Shown piece after piece: positions 1 through 11,833 of a stretch of DNA of 64,000 nucleotides (its first letter is position 1; every line of letters begins with the position of its first letter). Under the pieces are notes generated by a model, which was not told where the DNA came from, did no database searches, and saw only the letters and a list, made by a program, of their open reading frames with translations. Made by a program: the position numbers and the translations under genes. Origin of the DNA: Azolla caroliniana (Eukaryota > Plantae > Polypodiophyta); contig JBHGNT010000010.1 in assembly GCA_043228905.1 (NCBI GenBank), positions 6,510,001-6,574,000 on the forward strand. The letters are read 5' to 3'.

Positions 1-1
1 A

Positions 2-3000
2 CCGGAGGACGAAGGATCGGACACCTTACCGACACCGGAACCGGAAGTGCTAAGGCTGGAACCTCCGGAACCAGCAGAGGAAGAGCGACCTCCGACACCG
101 GAAGTCGAAGAGGAGAGGCCTCCGTCACCAAAAGAAGAGGAAAGACCACCGACGCCGGAAACAAATCAAGAAAGACCACCGACGCCGGAGAAAATCCCGG
201 AACGACCACCAACACTGCCAGCCCGCGCACCGATATCGGACGACGACATGTCGTTCCAGTACTCCAAGTATAGAGATGATCCGGACGCAGAAGCTCATGT
301 TCACGTCTTTGAACAGACATGGGAAGCAAACCATGTGTCCCAGCGATTGATCCTGGAAGAAGAGGAACGCTCTAAGATAGCAGAATTTGGCGTCACATTG
401 GAGGGACCGACAGCAAGATGGCGTCGGACGCAGGACCCGTCTACCATCACCACCTTCGCAGATTTAAAAGCTAAATTCTTGCATTTTTTCCAAAAGGAGG
501 TGGACCAGACAGTAATGATGGGCTTATTTTATACCATCCGACAGGAGGCAGGGGAGAACATTCCCCAGTTTGTCATCCGGTTTCAACGGATGCATAGTCA
601 GCTTGCCCGCGCACCCCCGGAGGAGGAATTACGGACTATATTCCTAAATGCGCTCCGGGAACCCCTACGCACGGTTTGCACAGTAATTGACTTGCGCACA
701 AGTACCATCGACCAGGTCATTGACCGGGTGAGAGAGATAGAAAAGACAAGCTCCTGGCTCATACTGGGAGCACTCCAACGGGCATTACCGTCCAATGAAG
801 ACCTCCGGTTTCGGCAAGCAATACAGTGCACAACCTGCTTGAATTCCGGACACTCGGCACTAGAATGCACTATGAGGACGCAATGTGTAATCTGTCAATC
901 CAAGGGCCATATGACGGATAGGTGCGAGTATAATCTATTGAACCGGCAAGCACCGCTCGTCCGACAAATAGAGCCACGCACCAGCCGGGATGAAGAAGAG
1001 GAACGTTGGCGGCGAATGGACCGCGACCGACCGGCACAGGATGTCCGGTATGGCGATCGACGGGAGAATGATGTCCAGTACGGTGATCGGCGAGATAACT
1101 ATGACCGGCATGATAGATATGATCGGTACCAGGATTACAATAGACGATACGAACATTACGACCGGGAGCACTCCCCCGAGTATCGTCAGCAACGGGAGGA
1201 ATACGGCAGATATAACGACCAACCTCGTCAGGAGTACCGCAATAAGAAGAACTATAACAAAAAACGGCATTTCAAAAAAGGCGGCTACCCACTGGATCCG
1301 GAACAAGGAGCTTTAAGCAGCCAACCGGCCCAAAACCCCGCGCTTACCACGGGACCTGCCTCGGGTACAACAGACAATGCCGAATCTAGCAATACCCGGA
1401 AAGCCTACTGCTACTACTGTCGACATGAAGGCCATTATAGTAATCAATGCCCGGCGAAGAGCTATGACAAACGACCGGCAGTAAATATGGTAGTCCCTGA
1501 AGTGGCAGATTTGCAGCAGGTGACCACAAGGTCAAAGGGCATGGTCAAGGAATGGGAGACGCAGGAGACCATCCGGAAGCAAGCGAGGGAATGGGTGAAA
1601 AAAGCAAACGAGCAAAATGTCACAGACTTACAGCAGCAAAAGGAGAATACCGTAGGGCTGGCCAGCGGCAGACACTCCGAGAACGAGACATGGTTGGCGT
1701 TGCAAGAATGCCAGATTACGCTGCCACTAGGAAGAATCCTACAGCTCGTGCCAAGATTCACGGAAGGACTGAAGACGGCCATGACGGCAGGAGAATCATC
1801 AACGGCACCGATACTCTTCTCGAATCCGGAGGAGGGACCAACGGTGGTGGACACCAACAGTCCGGTAATCACTGCCATTGTCAAAGGGAAAGAACTCCCC
1901 GGCACAGTTATAGATGGAGGCTCCGGGGTGAATGTAATAACCCTCCGGACGTGTGATGCCCTGGGAATCCATGAGTGGGAGCCGTGTCCGTTCTGGTTAC
2001 GGATGGCCGATACAAGCTCAGTACGGCTGACAGGATTAATACGGAAATTAGAAGTCACCGTGGGCGGTCATACATTTCACATCTCGGCAGTAGTGCTACA
2101 ATTACAGGCACAAGGCGCATACCCGCTATTGTTGGGGCGGCCGTGGTTGAAAACAACACATATCAAACAGAATTGGAGGAAAAATATAATTACCTTCCGG
2201 CGAGGAAAAGCCAAGGTACGGGTACCAACACAGCCAAGGACGAGCACTGGCAAGGAATGTACACAATTGTACGCAGAGTGCGTCAACATGCTAGAAGGGT
2301 TAGCTGACGAAGAAGAAGCTCAGTACTTGCAAGAAAACCCGAAGATCATACCCCTCTTCGAAATTGACATTGCCGAAGCAGTAGCACCATACTTACCACA
2401 GCCGGAAGAGGCTAAAGCAGAACCGGATAAAGACGCAATCCGGGAGTTACGGCAAGCGCAGGAAGCGTTGGAACGGGAAATGGCCGTTTCACAGCGCGTA
2501 AAAGCATCGCAACTTGAAGAGGTGAACCTAGGGACCACGGACGAAGCAAAACCGGTGCACATCGCCAAGGAGATGAAGACCAAAGACAAAACGGCAATGA
2601 TCACACTTCTCACGGAATTTCGCGACGTGCTCGCCTGGTCATACGAAGACATGCGAGGACTCGACCCTCAGTTATACCAACATCAGGTTCACATGAGCAA
2701 GGACGCAAAACTAGTGGCACAAAGACGGTACCGGATGAATCCCAATTATGCCGCCAAAGTCAAGGAGGAAATCGACAAACTGCTAAGAGTTGGCTTTATC
2801 CGTCCGGTAAAGAAAGCGACATGGCTTAGCCTGATCGTAGTTGTACCGAAGAAGAACGGAAAAATTCGAGTTTGTGTGGACTACTGGAAACTCAATGCGG
2901 CTACGGTAACAGATGCGTTTCCACTTCCGTTCATAGATGGAGTGTTGGATGTCGTCGCCGGCCATGAGGTCTATAGCTTTCTAGACGGATTCAGCGGGTA

Positions 3001-5477
3001 TAATCAGATCCGGATGCACCTCGACGACCAAGAGAAAACGGCTTTCATCATCGAATGGGGGATGTTTGTGGCCGTGGTGATGATGTTCAGACTCAAAATG
3101 GCACCGGCAACATTTCAACGAATCATCATGGAAATCTTTGGTGAATATATCCTGGCCTTTATGCAGGTTTTCCTTGACGATTTCGCCGTCTATAGCCGGG
3201 AGGAGGACCATTTTCAGCACCTCCGTCTTTGTCTAGAAAAGTGTAGAGCGTACCGGCTAAGCTTGAATCCGGCAAAGTGTGTATTTGGCGTGTCCAGTGG
3301 AACTTTATTAGGACATATTGTGAGCCAAGAAGGTATTGCAGTCGACCCGGACAAAGTGAAAGCCATATTAGAAGCACCGGCGCCGGCAATTGCCGGCAAA
3401 GGCATTAAGCCGGTTCTTAGGCCAGATCCGGTGGCACAGCCGGATGCTCTGATACTTGGCCGACCTGGCTACACCGTTGCATGCCGTCGTACATCGGACA
3501 CCATTCCAGTGGATCGACACCGAGGATAGGGCGTATAGGGCCCTCAAGGTACTATTGTCGCAAGCACCGGTAGTGCAGCCTCCGGATTGGAGTAAAGAAT
3601 TTCATGTGTTCGTGGACGCCTCCGACATCGCAATCGGAAGCGTATTGATGTAGCTTATGGAGCCAAAGTGATACCGGCCAGTGCACTATACCAGCCGAAA
3701 GCTATCCCAAGCAGAACGGAACTACTCTACCACGGAACGGGAAGCTCTAGGGATGATCTACAGTGTGACAAAGTTTCGGCATTATTTATTGGGAAGGAAG
3801 TTTTCCTTCCATGTAGATCATTCGACACTCCTTTACTTGGTGTCCAAAGCGTCACTCACCGGTAAGTTGGCCCGGTGGACCTTACTGTTACAGGAATTCG
3901 AGTTTGAAATATTCCACCAACCCGGTATACAACATGTCATGGCGGATTACTTAAGCCGATTAGAGTCCGGAGAGATGGGTGACGAAGTAGCGGATGAGTT
4001 TCCGGATGCGGAGCTGTTTCGAGTCACTACGGAAACGGCAGCAGATGAGATGGTGGCACAAGAAGACAAGTGGCTCACAAACATGCACCGGTTTCTGAGC
4101 ATAGGACTGCCTCCGGAAGAGATGAACCGGGACGAACGGAAACGCCTAGCGGTGCAAAGCCGACATTTCTGCTTACTGCAAGACACACTTTACCACAAGG
4201 GCGCGGACGGCATATGGAGACGGGTTGTGCGCAGCGATGAAAAGGACTTGATACTAAGGGAAGCCCACTGCGGAGTTGCCGGAGGTCACTATGTCGGAGA
4301 TGCGACGGCCAGGAAAATATGGCAAAGTGGCCTATGATGGCCAACGACATTAAGAGATGTGGTACGATACGCAAAAGAATGTGACCTATGCCAGCGAATG
4401 GGCCAGCCAACGGAGCAAGCTCGTATGCCACACCAGCCGGTACTACCACTCGAGCCATTCCAGAAGTGGGGGCTGGACTTTGTTGAACCGTTCAAACCAC
4501 CGGCAATGAGAACGGGTAATCGGTACGTCATCGTCGCGACGGATTACTGCACGAAATGGGTGGAGGCCAAAGCCTTAAGAGACAACACCGCTGCGTCAAC
4601 GGCGAAATTTCTATACGAGTACATCTGGTGTCGTTACGGATGCCCAATCGAATTAATAAGCGACCAAGGGGGGCATTTTCTCGGCCAAGTACTTGAAAGC
4701 CTGACGACATTCTATGCCGTTGTCCATAAACGGAGCACACCATACTATCCGCAAGCAAACGGGTTAGCGGAATCGACGAACAAAACGCTCCAGAATATCC
4801 TCCGGAAGATCGTCAACGAAAACCGAACGGATTGGGATACCAAGCTACATAGCGCGCTTTGGGCATACCGGACGGCATATAAAACGAGCATCTGAACAAC
4901 ACCGTTCCGGTTAGCGTTCGGACTAGAGGCGGTAATGCCGGTGGAATTCCAAGTACCCAACTTACAGATCCAGCTACGAGAACGACTGAACGAGAAGGAG
5001 TCTGAGGCAATACGGTTAACAGCGTTGTGTGAACTTGAGGAACAATGAGTGGCAAGCATCCTGCACTTAGAATTGGAACAACGGCGACGGAAAGCATTTG
5101 TCGACCGGCACAGGAAAGGAAACGAAAAAATGTTCGCAATCGACAAACCGGTGTTAGTATTTCAAACCCGGATGAGCAAGATGTCGGGTAAACTACGGTT
5201 TAGATGGACCGGTCCGTATTGGCTGACACGTGAGTATAATGGGTCCTACCAGTTAGGGACACTTGCCGGCGAAGTGCTAGGCAAATGGGTCAACGGATTC
5301 CGATTGAAGCCATATAGAGGACCGATGCCCAAAAACCCATTTGAGCAAAGGACCGACACCGGTGCGGAAACGGCAACCTATGAGGGAAACAACAACCACC
5401 AAGACGGCAGAGACGGCGAGCTGGTAACTGGGGAGAATGAGGCTGGTAAGGGTCCGATAGGACCAACGGACAAGTAA
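2..5477 (+). pseudogene. gypsy gag-pol polyprotein, disrupted
   Basis: Frame open from base 2; three CCHC knuckles (CTTC..H..C, CVIC..H..C, CYYC..H..C); protease VIDGGSG; RT FLDD; RNase H FVDASD; integrase H..H..CDLC, WGLDF, ISDQG, GLAES, GPY. Frameshift near 3390-3400; in-frame stops at 3651, 3669, 4335, 4893, 5046. Confidence 0.92.
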
Positions 5478-5840
5478 CGTCACATTAACAGTAAAAAAAA
5501 AAAAACGAAGTAATCATGCAAAAGCGAGGAATGAATGGACAAAAGAGCGAGGAGCGAAAAGGTACGTAGTGGGCATTTAAGCGCCACCACAGGACATAAT
5601 GCTATTTTAGTACACGACGTGCACACGCTCGAAAAAGGCGCCAGAACGCACAGAGAAAAACCACTGTGCGTGGAGACCCTCTACTTTCGCGAACCTAGGA
5701 GCACATAAGCACCAAGGCGCTACAAGATCATCAGAGGAGAACCTACACACACAGAACCCCCTCCTTCTAAACTCTCTCTCTCTCACTCTCACTCTCATCA
5801 CCAACCAACCTCACCACCACAAGCCGACCTCGACATAGAC

Positions 5841-8651
5841 ATGGACCTGCAAACGCTGTCGGAAGCCGCCAAGACCTGGCTAAAGCAACACGGGCTCGAG
5901 GGCTTCTTGATGATTATGGAGGTACCGCCACACAAAGAAACCGACAAGGTGATCAAAGAAATCGACATAGAGGTCATAACGGCGCATGCGATTCGAGCGT
6001 TAACAGGCCTTCCTGAGGGAGGCATACTCACGATTGACAATCCGACCTCGGAGCAACTCATCAAGTATTTTGGTGAGTACTCCCTAGCCAGCAAGGGCTA
6101 CCGAACACAAGGCGGCAGAGATATGTTGTTCCGCGAGATTGCCTGTGTGCTCCACGAATACGGCCATGTGTACCCTAGACCCCCTGTCATGCCGCAGAAC
6201 CAGGCAGGAATGATCATCGCCACCTATGAAGGGATCAAGGTGGATTGGCCAGTATTGATCGCAGACGGCTTGTGTGCGGTGATCGAGATCGTCAGAGGCA
6301 AAGACGGCAAAGAAGGCCGAGATGGATGAAGGATATGGCATGCCGTAACGCAGTGGCTCACCTTGCTTGTGGCACCCGTCCAGCCCGTCCAGCCCAAGAA
6401 GCGGGGAAGAGTGGCGAACGGCACCCCAAAGACTGCTTCCAAAAGACAGCAGTTGTTGGCCTCTAAGGTCACTAAGGGGAAGGCGGCGGACGCAGAACAG
6501 GCGGGAAAGGAGAGCGCCAGCCGGAAGCGACCAACGAACGCGCAGGAGGAACCACCAGTACGGCCTGTAAAGGTTACACTCCGCCGACCGGTGAATAGAG
6601 AAGCGGACCCCTTGGCGGCAAAACTCAATGTCGGGACTTAGGAAGAGGAAATAGAGGAGGAGCCTACGGAGCACCTCCAACGACGATCGTTGGCAAGGAC
6701 CGTTGAGGCAGCCGGGAAACGTTCGGACCCTCAGACGGAGGGAACACCGGCTCCCCATACTGAGACTCCCACGCCAAGGGAAGAACCGGAACCGGTGCGC
6801 ATGGAACCGGAATTAGAAGCCCCTGCACCACCGACAACACCGGCAACACCGGCAAGTCCCATCCCGCCAGAGCCGGAAAGTTCAATGAAGCCTCCCTCGG
6901 CCAACCAAGAAGAAGCGCAAGGGGAACCAGGACAGCAGGGTGGTCCACGGGCAGAAACAGAATTGCAACTCGGCGCAATCAGGCGGGACTACCCATCTAC
7001 AAGCGAGCCCATCCGTCAAACCTTCGTGCAAACGCAACAACAAGGCACCGGTAGCCTGTGGCTCCGGTGGATAGGCAAACAGATTGTCGGAGTAGTGGGG
7101 TATATTGAGGCAGAAGAAAGAGCACAAAGCGAACGGTTGCTCGTCACAACCGAACAACTAGAGACGGCCTAGTCTAGAATCCGGTGCCTTGAAAGAGACT
7201 TGGATCAGGTCACGGCAGAGATGGCCAAAATGGCCTTAACGGCAACACAGATCCAATCACCGGTGACTCCGGTAAGTGTACAGAATAAAGAAACAGATCA
7301 ACCTGTACATACCAATAAGACCCCGGCAATGGAAACCGTTCCAGAGAGAGATGCGGCGCAAGCCCAAGAGCTTGCGGAATTGAGAGATGAACTTGCCGCA
7401 CAAGAAGCGCTAAGAAGCCAAGAACAGGAATTGAAGACAGCGGCCGCAGCAGAATTAAAGAAGACTGCTAAGAACCTCCACCGGGCAGAGGAGAGCCTCC
7501 GGAAAGGCCATCAAGCGTACGGCCGGCTAAGGGAGGAAAAAGACAAGGTGCTGCAGGAAAAGTACAAGCTACGGAAGACGGTAGAAACGGAAATTGAACG
7601 GCTAAAGGAAGAGCTCCGCCAGCAAAAGGACCGCGAGGACCGGGCCCGTCGACAGATCAACGCACGGCTCAAGCAAAAGACAGATGATTTTGAGCACCTG
7701 CACCGGGACTACAAACGGTTGGAAACGGAGCATAAGGAACGGATGACCGAGCTCCAGCAGGAAGTTGATCGGGCCGCGACGGCGATCGCCGACGAACGTG
7801 CGGAAAATACAAGACGGTTGGACGAGGCGGAGAAGGTCCGGATGGAGCTCCAGAGGCAGCAGCAGGAAGAAAAGGAGAGAGCGTCAACGGTATTGCAGAA
7901 ATTACAAAGCACATATCAAAGGCAATTGACGCATTACAAGGAGCAGGCGGAAGACAACGTCAAAATCATCAAGCAATTGAAGGAGGAACGGCAAGCTGCG
8001 GAGACCAAATCGCAATTGGGAACGGGCCGGATTCAGTGCATCCTCCGGGCATGGTTGAATCAGACAAAACGCTTGATTGACGAAAGCTCCGTAAGATGGT
8101 GGACAAAGTGGGCACAAAACGCAGCGGAACTCCAATTGCTACGGGCAGACGTGCCAAACCGGCGGAAGGAAGGAGATGATTGTTACACGTTGACTTCCGA
8201 GGACTTCACCGCCATACGGGACGAGCTGGCCGACGACTTCCAAGTCCTGGCGGATGAACAGCTGGCACAGGTCCGGCAACTCATAGCTCAGTTAGACGAT
8301 GATAGGCTGGACGCTCAAATCCAGTTTGAAAGCTACGAGCAGTCCCGGGTTCGGGAAGAAAAAGCACGGGAAGCGGCAACGGTTAATCTTAGTGATGAGG
8401 AACCGTCGCAAGCCGAGGGCCATGCCGGAACCAGTCAACCGGAGACCACTACGACGGAGGGAGTAACGACGGAAACATCGGTGTCAGAGCAACAAACGGA
8501 GGAGCAGCTGCAGCAGCCACCAAAGGACCCGTCGTAGTAGCCATTAACAGAGCAGCAACAGCAGCAGCAGCAACCACAACAACAACCAATTCCAGATGAA
8601 CCATTGGAGACTCTCGAACAAAGAATTCTGGATATTTTGGACGAAGAATAG
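5841..8651 (+). pseudogene. Additional 3' ORF of the gypsy element (N-terminal globular domain, Pro/Glu-rich linker, long coiled coil)
   Basis: ORFs 5841, 6363, 6690 and 7200 are in one frame, separated only by single stops (TGA 6327, TAG 6639, TAG 7170, TAG TAG 8535). Confidence 0.8.
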
Positions 8652-8706
8652 CAAGGGTCAGATGTGGATTCGACGTACAAGGTACTGTCCAAACGGGCGT
8701 GCCATG

Positions 8707-9139
8707 TGTTACTGGCCGGCAAAGGAGTCCAAAGTGTGAAACGGGGAGTTATTTAATTAGTAGGAATGGTTGTAAGTAAGCTATGAGTGTGGACGGACGG
8801 ACCGGAATCGGTATGTCGTTCCGGATCCGGACCGATCCCGAACAGGTGCGGATGCCACCGTTTTGTACTACAGACCGGGAACCTATTTAAAGGCCCGGAT
8901 ACAATGTAATGAGGAGCGGTTAATTAATAAAGCTTAGTGGTGTTATCTCTCTGTGTTAATTGCCGTTTTGCATTCATTGTTATATCTTACGCGTGTGAAT
9001 ATTAAGGACGATCTTGTTAAGTAACTTAATTAAGTCGGATTAAGCGTTGAGTCTAATCTTGTTGCCGGAACACCCCTTTGGTGAAGTGTCTTCCGTAGAC
9101 ACCCTGTGTTAGGCCATTGTCCGGCCCTAAGAGTTAACA
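8707..9139 (+). repeat. 3' LTR of the gypsy element
   Basis: TGTTA...TAACA termini, TATA-like TATTTAAA at ~8884, AATAAA at ~8926; PPT weak and 5' LTR not in window. Confidence 0.65.
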
Positions 9140-9198
9140 GCAACAACCTCGTGCTCACGATCCTCGCCACAGACGGCAGTTACAACAGAAGCAACGAC

Positions 9199-9239
<41 letters not shown>

Positions 9240-9550
9240 CACAGTTATGCGCTCTCTCTTTTCTTGCACCAACAAGAATGACAACAACAACTAAAAGTTT
9301 TCCCTAAGTCATATTTATACTAATATGACTTTTCGGCTATTTACAAATGTAGTCACGATGGACTCTCAGAAACATATTTACAAATATGTCTCTTCATCCA
9401 GAGAGCGCTTCTCACCGGGTCTGCACCATCCGGCTCTCCGTAGCCGGGTACTCCTCATCCGGTTCCGGCCTCGGCCTATCGGCCTCGGCTGAGTTTGCTT
9501 ATCAGCACTGTTCTTCTCCCTTCCCATCCGGAGGGACCTATCTCCCAACA
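9140..9550 (-). repeat. Partial copia family-A LTR interrupted by the gypsy insertion
   Basis: Reverse-complement match to LTR 61009-61819; starts TGTTGGGAGA at 9550; one 54-bp unit. Confidence 0.88.
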
Positions 9551-9914
9551 CCCTTAACTATGATGTTTCAACAATGTTGGGATTATGGTTGTATGTCTGA
9601 AGCTTGGAAGCTTGGTCTAAGAAAATTAGTTCTGAAGGTGGCATCTCCCAAGTCATTTCATCAATGGTGACCTATTTCTTTGATGGGGGGGTTGTATAAG
9701 ATATTTACAAAGGTGTTGGCAAATAGATTACAAAAGTATTTGCCAAAGTTGATACGTCCTGACCAATATGGTTTTATTGTAGGTAGGAATATATTGCATA
9801 ATGAATGAATGTTCAAATGAACACGGATTATGCACGAAACACTCATCAAGAATTGATTATGGTGCAATTAGATTTGGAGAGAGCTTATGATCATGTTAAT
9901 TGGTCCTTTGTTTC

Positions 9915-10187
9915 TGACGGGAACTTGTCGTTCCTTATGTCCAACGCTCGGCCACAACCGAGATTCTTTTCATACACAGAAAACAGGAAATAGAACACAA
10001 CACAAAGAAGAGAAATGGTACACATGAGGTTAACGTGGAAAACCCCAAACTAGGGGAAAAACCACGACAGCCCACAGGCTGCAAACTGTCACTATGTATG
10101 AATGTACAAAACAGTGAGTACACGGAGGCAACGACCTCGGACTCACGATCTTCGCCACAGGCGGTGGTTACAACAGAGGCAATGACC

Positions 10188-10223
<36 letters not shown>

Positions 10224-10640
10224 CAGTTACGCGCTCTCTCTTCTTCTTGCACCAACAAGGGAAAAATTACAACAACATAATATTAGTTTGCCCTAAGTCA
10301 TATTTATACTAATATGACTTTTCGGCTATTTACAAATATAGCCACAATGGGCTCTCAGAAACATATTTACGAATATGTCTCTTCCTCTGGTTCATACCGG
10401 GCCTGCACCATCCGGCTCTCCGTAGCCGGGTACTCCTCATCCGGTTCATACCGGGCCTGCACCATCCAGCTCTCCGTAGTCGAGGACTCCTCATCCGGTT
10501 CACACCAGGTCTGTATCATCCGGCTCTCCGTAGCCGGGTACTCCTCATACCGTTTCGGCCTCGGCCTATCGGCCTCGGCTGAGTCTTTTCGTCGGCACTG
10601 TTCTTTTCCCTTCCCATCCGGAGGGACCTATCTCCCAACA
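9915..10640 (-). mobile_element. Solo LTR, copia family A
   Basis: TG..CA termini, perfect 5-bp TSD GTTTC (9910-9914, 10641-10645), three 54-bp units. Confidence 0.93.
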
Positions 10641-11833
10641 GTTTCTGGGTTAATGCATACAATGGTCTTTGGATCATGTATGTCTTGCCTCGTATTTTTA
10701 TTAGGATGCAGTGTTTCGAGTAATGCTTAATGGGGGAGTTACTTCAAATATTGCACTCACGAGATCTGTTTGTCAAGGATGCCCACTTAGCCCATTGTTG
10801 TTTGCTATTGTTACTCATCCCTTGTTAGTGATGTTCTCAAGGCTTGCAACAAATGGTGACAGTGTGAGTCTACACCGTCTAGAGGGCAACTAGTAGCACA
10901 AGCTTTGGTAGATGATTCTTTCATGTTTCTACAAGCCTCACAAGAGAATCTTGAGAAGGGGATTCTTGTATGGTACCAATTTCTATTCGCTTTCGGATTA
11001 CATATTAATTGGAGGAAGTCTAGTCTCATATCATGTATTTATACTTAGAGATTTTGAATGTTTAGGAAGGCAAGGATCAGTGGTGAAAAAGGCTCTATTT
11101 TTCGACACTTGGGCTATCCATTGTGAATGAATGTTACAAATGGTCGATTGTGTTGGGAGGAGTCGATTGTTCAAGATAACCAACAGTCAAAGACAAGGAG
11201 CAGCCGACTAGTCAAATGTGAGCCGACAGCCGAAGAGTCGAAAACAGATGATCCAAGTCGAAGACAAGACCAACTAGTCGGTTCGACTGGACAATCAACA
11301 CTGGAGTCAGCTAGTCGAATTGACTACTCGACTAGTTGGCTGATTAACTATTACTGTTATTTACTATAATAATAGGAATGTAGTAGTAGTGGTTACATTT
11401 GTAAATAGCCCACATAGCGTATAAGTATAAATACACTTAGGGAAAACATATTAATGTCGAGAACAATAAATGTAGAATAGAATCGTTGTGTGTGATCCTC
11501 TATTGTTGAGAGTGAGACAGAGTAGAGAGAGTGTGTGAGCGAGGAAGAGAGAGCGGCACCATAGCCGAGTGAGGTTTAACGCCAAGAGCCCTGTGAGGCC
11601 GTTACACTCTGTAGTGAGAGAGTGTTGTAATCTCATTGTCTTGTTACTTGTATATCCATTGTATAGTGAAGATCTATTCTCCCGTGGTTTTTTCCCCGTT
11701 TAGGGTTTCCACGTAAAACTGTGTATTTGTTGTGTTTCTATCTTTTCTGCGATATTGTCAATTACACAGTCGATCTTTCTCACGAATAGAAGAGAACGAA
11801 TCTCTACAAACTGGTATCAGAACTTGGTGGAAG

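Larger units (their letters stand above)
1..9139 (+). mobile_element. Ty3/gypsy LTR retrotransposon (non-chromovirus, Athila-like), 5' end outside window, with extra ORF after pol
   Basis: Domain order gag-PR-RT-RH-IN; no chromodomain or extra RNase H seen; long sense ORF after pol; 3' LTR TGTTA..TAACA; abuts an interrupted copia LTR at 9140. Confidence 0.9.

Noticed and set aside
3370-3410. Programmed frameshift in gypsy pol
   Set aside because: Falls in the RT-RH connection and looks like a small GCCGGCAA duplication; the homologue at ~26960 is in frame
7200-8537. Captured host myosin/SMC-like gene
   Set aside because: Generic coiled coil, intronless and in frame with the element's extra ORF; no host-specific motif seen
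11812-11823. tRNA gene
   Set aside because: Only a primer-binding site; no cloverleaf. The same applies at 30514 and 52980
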